This document shows, piece by piece, positions 55,755 through 64,000 of a stretch of 64,000 nucleotides of DNA. Source of the stretch: an uncultured bacterium (GTDB taxonomy: Bacteria > Verrucomicrobiota > Verrucomicrobiia > Limisphaerales > UBA8199); contig CAVVMW010000001.1 in the NCBI GenBank assembly GCA_963749495.1, positions 789,685 through 853,684 of the forward strand, in the 5' to 3' direction. Made by a program: the position numbers and the translations under genes. Under the pieces are notes generated by a model that worked only from the letters and a program-made list of their open reading frames with translations, ran no database searches and was not told the origin of the DNA. Positions within the stretch are counted from its first letter, which is position 1, and the number at the start of each line of letters is the position of its first letter.

Positions 55755-56765
55755 CTACGGGCCGGAGCGCGATTTGGGAGGCAGAGGGAAGAAGCCGGCG
55801 GCCTTGGCCAGATGCTGTCCCTCTTCGCTCCGAATCCAGTCCACGTAGGCCTTGAGCGCGCCCTGGTTCGCAGCCGGGTCGAGGTAAGCGTAAAGATACC
55901 GGGAGATGGGATAGAGCCGGTCACTGATGGTTTGGTCGCTCGGTTCGACCGGCGTCGAGGAGAAGGCCCGCTTGATGCCGAGGGCGCGAACGCCCTGGGC
56001 GGAGGCCAGAGGCCCAAAGCCGATGCCGTTCCTGTCGGCGGCAATGGCCTTGAGCAGTGCGGGGCCGTCCAGTACGCGGAGGCTGGGAGCAGGGCCCTTT
56101 CCATCGAGGACCTCCTCGACGAACAACTCGCCGGTGGCCGAATTGGTCTGCTGCCCGTAGAGGGTGATGGGGGCGTTCTGGCCGCCCAGGTCCTTCCAAT
56201 TGACGCGCTTGCCCGTGAACACAGCGGCCAATTCATCATAAGTGAGCACCTGGACCGGGTTGAGCGCGTTGACATAAACGGCCAGGCCGTTGACGCCGAC
56301 CTTGAATTCGGCGGGGCGCCGGCCCAGGGTGTGTTCGCAGGCCTCGATCTCCTGGTAGCGCATGAGGCGGGAAACGGCCACCAGGCCGGCCTTCTGCTGC
56401 TGGAGGGCGGTGAAGGCGGCAACCACGCTGCCGCCGTCCACCTGGATGTTGACCTCCGGATGCCGGGCCGTATAGGTCTGCGCCCATTGCCGGCCCAGGC
56501 CCAGCAGTGAATCGGAGCTGCGGACCGTGATGGACTGGGCCATTGCGCAGAACGCGGGGCTGCAAGCCGCGGCCAAGAGGACAACCGCTTTGAACAAACG
56601 TAATAGTTTAGACGTGGAAACGTGGGGCAGACCTCCGGTCTGCCAGTGAGAGGGGCCTCTGGCCCCGAATCTGGCTCCCGGCACGATCCCCGGAGCCGGA
56701 GGCTCCGGGGACTGGCAGACCAGAGGTCTGCCCCACACCCGAACAGTTACGGACACTCGTTTCAT
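55755..56765 (-). CDS. PstS-like phosphate-binding protein (start uncertain)
   Basis: ITVRSSDSL, VDGGS, SRLM, GLAVYVN, SATGELF, YPISRYLY. Confidence 0.85.
   Translation of the reverse strand: MKRVSVTVRVWGRPLVCQSPEPPAPGIVPGARFGARGPSHWQTGGLPHVSTSKLLRLFKAVVLLAAACSPAFCAMAQSITVRSSDSLLGLGRQWAQTYTARHPEVNIQVDGGSVVAAFTALQQQKAGLVAVSRLMRYQEIEACEHTLGRRPAEFKVGVNGLAVYVNALNPVQVLTYDELAAVFTGKRVNWKDLGGQNAPITLYGQQTNSATGELFVEEVLDGKGPAPSLRVLDGPALLKAIAADRNGIGFGPLASAQGVRALGIKRAFSSTPVEPSDQTISDRLYPISRYLYAYLDPAANQGALKAYVDWIRSEEGQHLAKAAGFFPLPPKSRSGP
56622..56736. repeat. REP-like inverted repeat, family B
   Basis: Same arms as 14303-14436. Confidence 0.85.
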
Positions 56766-56772
56766 CGGGCTA

Positions 56773-58730
56773 TTATCGAAGGCGGAAGAAGCCGGCGGAG
56801 TTGGTCGTGGGGGCAAGAAACGGGCTGCTGGTGGGGACCGAGCCAGGCACGTCCGCCCAGGGACCGCTGGGGGTAGCGGCCTGTTGAAGCGTGAAGCCGG
56901 CCCCGTCCCAACTGAGAATGATGGCGCCGTTGGTCGAGACCACGTTGAGCTGGGTATTGAGGCTGTACTTGAACGTAGTCGCCAGGCTCATGCCGAAGGT
57001 GATGTCAGGGCTGCGGACGTTATAGTTATGGACCTCCACGGCCAGGACATTGTCGCCGGCCACCAGGTTGGTCATGAGCGGGCCGGAGATGGACCAATCA
57101 TCGGGGCATGTGGCATCGCCACTGCACGGATAGCCGGTGGAGGTCATGCCGTTGAGGATCTGCGTCGGGGCAGGGGGCATGCGCAGGCGGTAGATTTCAG
57201 TCCCGTTCAGGTAGAAGACAGCGCCGTCATCGACCCAATCCTCGATCAGGAGCGAGAAGGGCGAGGCGTTGGTTGGGATGCTGAAATGAGTCCGGAGGTA
57301 ATACGTGATGTAGGGGTAGCCGGTGGTCGGGTCCAAAGGCATCTGGGTCAGTAACGCCACGGGGATGGTCCCGAACGGGTTGGGGCCCCTGTTGTCCACC
57401 CAAAGGACCCCAGGCCCGGAGCCGTCCCAGCCCGAATCGTCGTACCCCGGTGTGGTCCAGGGGATGCCGTCGAGGTCCTCGGTGGCATAGGTCCAGATGT
57501 TGGTCAGATCGAAGAGAAGGTTCGTAGTGACATAGTTCGTGGTGACGAAGAAGAGGTCCGGGGAGACGTATTGGCTGGTGCCGGCTGTCGAGAGAGCGGC
57601 GAAGTAGTAGCCGGTGGCAGGGGTCAGGTTGGTCAGCACGACGGCATGGTTGGTGGTCATGGTGGCGTCCAGCGGGGTGGTCCAGGTGAATTGGGTCGTG
57701 AGTCCGTAGGTGACCTGGGTTGTGGAGGGCGAGAGGGTCGTCCAGGTGATGCTGGCTGTAGTGTCGCTTGGCACGACGTTGATGTCGTTGAAGAAACCGG
57801 GCAGCGGTTTGGCTCGCACGCCGAAGTGGGCGCCGATGTACCGCTCACGTCCGTAGGCGGGCACGTAACTGGAATGGTTGACGGCGACCGGATTGCCGGT
57901 CGAGCCGGCCTTGTAGAGCGCGGTCGAGCCGCCGCCGTCCATGTTGATGGCGTTCCAGGCGCCGAACTGGAGGATCCAGTAGGCAGTCTCATGATCGTAG
58001 GCGCCATCGCTGTAACCACCCTGCCTGCCATCGATGGTCATCATGTAGAGGTAGCGATTATCCTGGGAAACGCCATAGGCGGTGCGGGGCTGCAGTCCGT
58101 GGATGAAGCTGTCCGGCCAACCGGCGGCCAGCACCGCATCGCTTATGGCCCCACCGTTGGTGACAAGCGGGTAGAAACCGGTAATGGCCGTATAGATGCC
58201 GGCGGTGCTGGTTCCGGGCGGACGATTATTCATGGCGAAGCTGGGCAGATTATTCGTCGTGAACAGGAGCGAGGCGTAGCGGTCCTGGTAATCTGCAGCG
58301 GAAACAACTATCCCTCCGGAGACCAGGAGGCCGAAGACCTCGCAGGGCAGGTTTTCGCTCGTCGGATCGGCCCCCCCGGGGTTGGCATCGTAGAAATTGC
58401 AGTCAGCCGCCACCTGGAGGCCGTACATCTTGAGGAAGTCGGGAACGCTTCGGGTGAGGGTCTCGCGCGACTCAGCGACGTCAGCTCGAGGCCCTCGGGG
58501 TTGCGAACAACTGGATGTCGGGGTCGGTCAAGTCCACCCGGATGCAGTGGACGACCTGCAACTCGGGGAAATTGCCGGGCACGCTGGGGTTATTGGTGCC
58601 GACGGCATGGTCGACGCCCTTAAAGATGGGGGTCCATGGGCCCGGGACCGGCCCGGCCGCCCGGCAGCAGACTGAGGCCGCCAGGAGCAGCGCCAGCAGG
58701 AACAGGCCCTGATTACGGATGGACGGAGTT
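56773..58730 (-). CDS. Phosphodiester glycosidase (NAGPA-like) family secreted protein with FnIII-like domain; frameshift near 58485, start unclear
   Basis: QPRTAYG, IDGRQ, AINMDGGGST; ends AGFFRLR. Confidence 0.8.
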
Positions 58731-58735
58731 CTAGT

Positions 58736-58880
58736 TGGGGCCTGCCCCAAAAACCCCGCGAGTGCGTGACCTTTGTCGCAGCCCTTGTCGAAACCTTTGT
58801 CGGATTGGCCGTTTCTCGACAAAGGTGCCGACAAAGGCTGCGACAAAGGTTCGGAATCAGAGCTTTTGGGACAGGCTCTA
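58736..58880. mobile_element. ~145-bp MITE-like element
   Basis: Imperfect terminal IR tggggcctgccccaaaa / ttttgggacaggctcta; internal inverted 12-mer arrays. Confidence 0.65.
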
Positions 58881-59561
58881 GTTCGGGCTGTATTGGTAGT
58901 CATAACCATCAATCGGGTCTTGGGTATAAGCGGCGTTGCAACCATCGTAGTAAATCCGGGAGAAGTTCACGTGGCCGTCGACGAAGCCGACCACGCTCTG
59001 GGCGTTGCAATAGAAGGGGCTGTTTTCCTTTCCGGTTTTGCTGTTGTGCCAGGAGAGGGGGGCGTGGGCAGTCCATTCCATGACCAGGAGCGTGCGTTTG
59101 GGTTGTTTGACGGCCGAGAGAGGCAGGCCGGCGATGTTGGGCACGGGGGTTGCCGGCAGCACGACGCCATTGAAGACGTAGCTGGAGAAATCGAATCGGC
59201 GGTCCAGATGGAAGGGCGCGGGATCCGAGTAGCCGCGATCCGAGGGGCAGGCGAACACGGCATCGGTGGGCGAAGATTCGCCGCTCAGGCCGGCATAGCG
59301 TTTGACCTGCTCCTTGTAGAACCACCAAGGGGCGAGGCGGTTGTCGTCAGTCGGACCGGTGGGGAGTTTCTGGTTATTGTCCGCGCAGAAGCTGAGCACG
59401 GCGCGATCAACGCGCTCGAGATTGGCGCTACACACCAGCCGTCGTGACTTCTCCTTCGCGGCCGTCAGGCGCGTCGCCAGGACAGTGCCCAGGACGCTGA
59501 GGACCGCGACGCTCACGAGCAGGTCGGTGAGCGTAAAGGCGCGAAATCCGGCTGTCTTCAT
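58878..59561 (-). CDS. Prepilin-type N-terminal cleavage protein
   Basis: AFTLTDLLVSVAVL, CSANL, FACPSD, SYVFNG, FVDGHV. Confidence 0.88.
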   Translation of the reverse strand: MKTAGFRAFTLTDLLVSVAVLSVLGTVLATRLTAAKEKSRRLVCSANLERVDRAVLSFCADNNQKLPTGPTDDNRLAPWWFYKEQVKRYAGLSGESSPTDAVFACPSDRGYSDPAPFHLDRRFDFSSYVFNGVVLPATPVPNIAGLPLSAVKQPKRTLLVMEWTAHAPLSWHNSKTGKENSPFYCNAQSVVGFVDGHVNFSRIYYDGCNAAYTQDPIDGYDYQYSPN

Positions 59562-60232
59562 GGGGCATGGGAGCCCCCGCCAGGCGCCCCGCGGGCGGCG
59601 AGGTTGGGGTCGCTGGCGGAGGTGACGGCGACAAAGCAACGGTCAAACCACCCCTGGAGGTCGCGGGGTTGGGAGGCCGCGGGATTGGGGCGGGTGACGA
59701 CGGCGGCCTGAAGGAGGCCCCGCTCGAAGAGCCAGCGCAGGTCAACCTGGTCGGGCAAACTGCCGGAGCAGAACGCCACCACGCCGGGCTTGGAGGCGCC
59801 ACACTGCCGGGCCTGGGCCTCGGAGAGCAGCGGGGGGCCCATGAACGAGACGATGACACTCTCGCCGGGGGTGTGGCGGATGAGTTCGAGGAAATCTCCG
59901 GGCGGCACCTCGACCGGTTTGAGGGGGTCGATTTGGAGGGCGCGAACGGCGGCGATGGTCGTGTGGGCCTGGCGCAAAGTCCTCTTGAAACTGGCCAGTT
60001 GGATGTCCACGGCCGGGTTTTTGAAGGCGGCGGTGTCCCGCGTGATCACCGTGATCTTGCCCCCCGGTTTGAGGAGTCCCAGGGCCTGCCGGGCCATCAT
60101 CCACCCGGCTGCCTCGTGGGGCCTGGAGTCCAGGCGCGGCCCGAGCACTCCGGGCAACGCAAGGATCATCGCCGTCCAGGCCCCCACCGCAACCAGACCG
60201 GCGACGAGATTGACTGCTTTGCTATCGCGCAT
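59558..60232 (-). CDS. Membrane-anchored hypothetical protein
   Basis: N-terminal TM; ATGA overlap with the downstream prepilin gene. Confidence 0.7.
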   Translation of the reverse strand: MRDSKAVNLVAGLVAVGAWTAMILALPGVLGPRLDSRPHEAAGWMMARQALGLLKPGGKITVITRDTAAFKNPAVDIQLASFKRTLRQAHTTIAAVRALQIDPLKPVEVPPGDFLELIRHTPGESVIVSFMGPPLLSEAQARQCGASKPGVVAFCSGSLPDQVDLRWLFERGLLQAAVVTRPNPAASQPRDLQGWFDRCFVAVTSASDPNLAARGAPGGGSHAP

Positions 60233-60283
60233 GAAGAGACCAAAGACGAGGCGGGAAGGGCCGCGGCGATGGGGCCTGGGGCA

Positions 60284-60955
60284 CTAGAAGATGGGGCCGC
60301 GGGGTTTGGAGAACACCACGTTGGTGACGCCCGTTGTGGCCAGTTCGTTGCTAATCTGCTCGCGCAACATCGGCGTCAAGCTCTTGCGGGCGCTGCCGTC
60401 ACCCATGCCCAGGTTGCCCTTGATGACGTGCACGTCCTTGTCCCAAGCCGCATCGATGGAGGTGCCCAGAAAGACGTTCCAGTGCGGGTCCAGCCCACCC
60501 CCGCCGCCCAGGACATTGCGGTCGCCCAGGAGAATGACCTGGGTCTTGGATTCGGTGGGCGAGTTGGTGCCGAGGAAATAGCTGATGTTGACATCGCCGC
60601 TGAGGGTCGTCCAGTTGGTGGCGCTGCGCTTGATCAGGTCCGCCGGGCAGCGCAGCAGTTCCACGGCGCGCAGTTCGTTGGAAAGCGACCGGAAATGGTC
60701 CGTCCAGTCCGCGGAGCCCAGGCTGCCGCCCTTGGCGACATCGATGAGCCAGGGATACTTGTCGCCCTGGTCCGCCGTCCAGAGCCGGAGGCCGAGATCG
60801 ACCTCCTTGAGGTTATTGACGCAGGAGATCTCCTTGGCCTTGGCCTTGCTCCGCGCCAGCGCGGGAAGGAGCATGCTCGCCAGGATCGCGATAATCGCAA
60901 TGACCACGAGCAACTCGATGAGGGTGAACCCCAGAGTGCGTTGTTTCATCTTCAT
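60284..60955 (-). CDS. Prepilin-type protein with H-X9-DG motif
   Basis: [46 protein letters not shown]. Confidence 0.92.
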   Translation of the reverse strand: MKMKQRTLGFTLIELLVVIAIIAILASMLLPALARSKAKAKEISCVNNLKEVDLGLRLWTADQGDKYPWLIDVAKGGSLGSADWTDHFRSLSNELRAVELLRCPADLIKRSATNWTTLSGDVNISYFLGTNSPTESKTQVILLGDRNVLGGGGGLDPHWNVFLGTSIDAAWDKDVHVIKGNLGMGDGSARKSLTPMLREQISNELATTGVTNVVFSKPRGPIF

Positions 60956-61033
60956 ACTAGCCGTTTCTGCCTGGTTGCTTTGTTCTGCTCCGTTGCCGCC
61001 GCACTGCCTGCCTCTGGGACCCACATCCAGCCG

Positions 61034-61061
61034 ATTATCCACACCCCTGCCATAGAGTCAA
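61034..61061 (-). promoter_or_regulatory. Putative sigma70 promoter of the pilin-like cluster
   Basis: TTGACT-16-GATAAT on the minus strand. Confidence 0.5.
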
Positions 61062-61132
61062 GCGCCGATTTGGGCAGAATTGACTGTCCCCGCGGCGCGG
61101 ATCGGCTATCTTTAGAATGCGGTAAACGCTCA

Positions 61133-62578
61133 ATGAACAGACTGTTGTTGATCGACGACGAAGAGGACGTGCAATACTCGTTCCGGCGGATCTTCGATTC
61201 GCCGGAGATCGAGCTGGCCACCGCCTCGGGCGGGGAGGAGGGACTGAGGCTCATCCCCACGTTCAAGCCGGACCTGGTGCTGATGGACATCCGGATGGGA
61301 GGGATCACCGGCCTGGAGACGCTCCGGCGCATCCGGCAGATGGATTCCAAGCTGCTGGTCATCTTGATGACGGCCTACGGGACAACGCAAACCGCCATCG
61401 AGGCCATGAAACTCGGGGCCTACGATTACCTGCTCAAGCCCTTCGACGTGCCCAAACTCCAGGAGATCGTTGTCAAGGCCTTCCAGGCGGCGCGGGCCAT
61501 GAGGCAGGTGGTGTCCTACCAGCCGCTGCTGGAGAAGGAGGACTACGAACTGGGGATCGTGGGGCGCAGCCAGGCGATGCAGCAGGTCTTCAAACTCATC
61601 GGCCAACTGGCCGCCTCGGACGCCACGGCGCTGATCACCGGTGAGAGCGGCACGGGCAAGGAATTGGTGGCGCGGGCCATCTATCATCACAGCCATCGCA
61701 GCCGGCAGCCGTTCCTGGCGGTCAACTGCGCGGCCATCCCGGAGCAACTCCTGGAGAGCGAACTGTTCGGCCACGAGCGGGGCGCCTTCACCGGCGCCAG
61801 CGTGCAGCGCATCGGCAAGTTCGAGCAATCCAACCACGGCACGATCTTCCTGGATGAGATCGGGGACATGACGCCGGCCACGCAGACGAAGATCCTCCGC
61901 GTGCTGCAGTCGGGCACCTTCGAGCGGGTCGGGGGCAACCAGCCCATCAAAGTGGACGTGCGCATCATCGCGGCCACCAACAAACCACTGGAACAGGCCG
62001 TCGCCGCCCGCCAGTTCCGCGAAGACCTTTTCTACCGGCTCAATGTCGTGCGCCTGCACATCCCGCCCTTGCGCGAGCGGCGCCAGGACATCCCGCTGCT
62101 GGTCAATTACTTCCTGGAGAAACTGGCCCGCGGCCAGCAATCCGCGCCCAAGTCCATCGCCCCGGGGGCCGTCAAGGCCCTCGAACAGTACCACTGGCCC
62201 GGCAACGTGCGGGAGTTGGAAAACGCCATCCGCCGCGCCTTGGTGGTGGCCAAGGCCGACGCCATCCTGCTCAATGACTTGCCGGGGGAAATCGGCGGGC
62301 AGGGGAGCGCCGAGGCGGCCGGGGCCGCCCTGGCGCCGGCGGCCCTCGAGGCGGCGGCAGCCGACACCGCGGCGCTGGCGCGCCAGTTGTTTCAATGGGC
62401 GCGGCGCGACCCCAGGCACAAGGTCATCCCCGCCGTCGAACGCGAACTGGTCATCCAGGCCCTCAAGGAAACCCAGGGCAACCAGGTTCACGCCGCCAAG
62501 CTGTTGGGCATCACGCGCGCCACCCTGCGCAAACGCATCGAGAAGTTCGGCATCCAGCGCGAACTGAGCATCTCGTAA
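61133..62578 (+). CDS. sigma54-dependent response regulator (NtrC family)
   Basis: Receiver IDDE/MDIRM; GESGTGKE, GAFTGA, WPGNVREL; Fis HTH. Confidence 0.95.
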   Translation: MNRLLLIDDEEDVQYSFRRIFDSPEIELATASGGEEGLRLIPTFKPDLVLMDIRMGGITGLETLRRIRQMDSKLLVILMTAYGTTQTAIEAMKLGAYDYLLKPFDVPKLQEIVVKAFQAARAMRQVVSYQPLLEKEDYELGIVGRSQAMQQVFKLIGQLAASDATALITGESGTGKELVARAIYHHSHRSRQPFLAVNCAAIPEQLLESELFGHERGAFTGASVQRIGKFEQSNHGTIFLDEIGDMTPATQTKILRVLQSGTFERVGGNQPIKVDVRIIAATNKPLEQAVAARQFREDLFYRLNVVRLHIPPLRERRQDIPLLVNYFLEKLARGQQSAPKSIAPGAVKALEQYHWPGNVRELENAIRRALVVAKADAILLNDLPGEIGGQGSAEAAGAALAPAALEAAAADTAALARQLFQWARRDPRHKVIPAVERELVIQALKETQGNQVHAAKLLGITRATLRKRIEKFGIQRELSIS

Positions 62579-62861
62579 CCGGCGTGCGCAGGAACGCGGC
62601 CGCCCCGTCCGCGTGACTGTTGCCGGCACGGTCGCGCGCACGTGGCGTCCAACGTCAATGGCGTTTGAAGCCCAACTCAGACGCCCACCCCGGCCAAGGG
62701 CTTGTGGCGGAGGGACACGAAATCCTAACGAGGCTTCGCCTCAGACCATTTTTGCGTTTGTGCAAGCGCAGCCAAACTTGACTTGTTTACAACGTGTTTT
62801 GAGAACTTTGTTGACAGATCCGGCCTTTGCGGAGCCTACTTATATTGTGGGCTTGGTATGG

Positions 62862-64000
62862 TCAGAGGGGCGAGCCCGATTCGTGAATTGGTTGTACTGG
62901 TTCTCCGAGCGCTGAGGTTACGGAGTTCTCCCCACGCCCACGAGGCTGGGCCAGTTGGGCGAAGGTGCGATGCCAGGCCGCAACCTGGGTTTCGATCGAA
63001 AACTGCTGGACGAACGTGCGCCCGTTTGCTCCAAGTTGCTGCGCCAGTTTGCGGTCAAAGTATAGCCGACGGACGGCTTCGATGGCCTGTGGCACGTCCG
63101 CCACCATGCGCCAGATACACTGCTTCATCTCCGGTTGCAGGATGCCGCCCACCGGCAGGCCCGCCTGGCCGCGAGTCAGGAACTCGCCGTGCGCCGAATA
63201 GTTGGTATAGACGACGGGCAAGGCGGAGCACATCGCCTCCCAAGCCGGCAAGCCAAAACCTTCGCCGCCACTAAGATAGAGCAAGCAATCCCAGATGCGG
63301 TATAGCATGGGCACGTCCTCGGGCGCCAAGGCCGACTTGAGCCCGTGGTCAGGCGTGTAGAACAGGTCGCGGTCCCGCCGCACGCCGAACTGCTCCTCGA
63401 GGCATCGCAGCGGCCAGGCCTCTTCCGGCTCCTCGGGCATGTGGAACCAAAGGAATAGGTCGGCCAGCGGCTCCGCCTGCGCTATTTCCGAGGAGCCGCA
63501 ATGTGCGCAGGCGTCGTAGCGGTAGCCGGGCCGGGATTCCAGAACTTGTCCTGTTCCATTCAAGTGCGCTTGGCGCGCGGGATCCCAATCGAAGACGCTC
63601 ACCCAACCGCACTTTCTACACACGAGGTATTGGCCCGTGCGCAGGTAGTGCAGGACTTTGTACAGGACCCAGACCTGCTTCCGCCACTGGTTGCGGCCGA
63701 TCCAGCCGAGCACAAAGGCCTTCTGTGGCACCCAAGGCGGGAACAGGTCCCGCCGCATCTCCGCCCTTACCTCCGGCCGCGCCGGCGCAAACCGATCAAG
63801 GTCGGCGGGGCTGTAGCGGTAGCCGAGCTTGTGGCGCGCCGCCTCCGGCAGACAGCCCGCGGCAACCTCCATCGAGAACTCGCTCTTGGTGAAGATCAGG
63901 TCGGCCTGATTCAGGATCGGGCCGTATTCGGCCGGCATCGGCAAGCCGTCGAAGTTGATATACAGAACCAATTTGTACCGCCGGTTCTGGGGCGGCAAGC
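62862..64000 (-). CDS. GT4-like glycosyltransferase, 5' end outside the window
   Basis: GRNQWRK, EGFGLPAWEAM; CxxC...CxxC insert. Confidence 0.85.
   Translation of the reverse strand, partial: LPPQNRRYKLVLYINFDGLPMPAEYGPILNQADLIFTKSEFSMEVAAGCLPEAARHKLGYRYSPADLDRFAPARPEVRAEMRRDLFPPWVPQKAFVLGWIGRNQWRKQVWVLYKVLHYLRTGQYLVCRKCGWVSVFDWDPARQAHLNGTGQVLESRPGYRYDACAHCGSSEIAQAEPLADLFLWFHMPEEPEEAWPLRCLEEQFGVRRDRDLFYTPDHGLKSALAPEDVPMLYRIWDCLLYLSGGEGFGLPAWEAMCSALPVVYTNYSAHGEFLTRGQAGLPVGGILQPEMKQCIWRMVADVPQAIEAVRRLYFDRKLAQQLGANGRTFVQQFSIETQVAAWHRTFAQLAQPRGRGENSVTSALGEPVQPIHESGSPL

Noticed and set aside
55520..56584. 799-aa ORF as full-length CotH
   Set aside because: Upstream part is an alternative frame of the PstS-like gene plus repeat DNA
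59567..61132. 1003-aa ORF as a giant NtrC fusion
   Set aside because: First half is the antisense shadow of two minus-strand genes; the receiver domain starts at 61133
60956..61132. sigma54 promoter linking the NtrC regulator to the pilin cluster
   Set aside because: No convincing TGGCAC-N5-TTGC on either strand; a sigma70-like promoter fits better

Overview
High-GC bacterial chromosomal window. Gene content suggests a PVC-superphylum organism, probably a Pedosphaera/Limisphaera-like verrucomicrobium (inference). Left ~16 kb is accessory and decayed: MFS transporter, GH29 fucosidase, truncated GH116 and S8 genes, a Ser/Thr kinase-ECF sigma pair, an ORF-less group II intron plus a deleted copy that abuts an IS91-type oriIS-like end, vapBC, an IS91 remnant and a DUF2961/HEAT protein. 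Then come tRNA-Pro(GGG), two different rho paralogues around cysK, a WYL regulator next to a restriction-modification system (two-domain amino-MTase with a palindromic operator, convergent HNH nuclease), an AAA/DUF4143 ATPase, and a large secreted repeat protein cleanly split by an IS1380-like element. The right half holds glycerate and glycerol kinases, MBL hydrolases, a DegT aminotransferase, a membrane-anchored dCTP-deaminase-like gene lacking the catalytic Glu, a TIGR03790-like protein with a subtilase, rpsT, GH78 rhamnosidase, a pilin-like/phosphodiesterase/PstS/CotH cluster, an NtrC-type regulator and a glycosyltransferase. Intergenic DNA is dense in REP/MITE-like palindromes (about 10 families) and 7-/9-mer tandem arrays. 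Many single-base frameshifts in otherwise intact genes probably reflect sequencing error. All family calls are by motif recognition, not database search.
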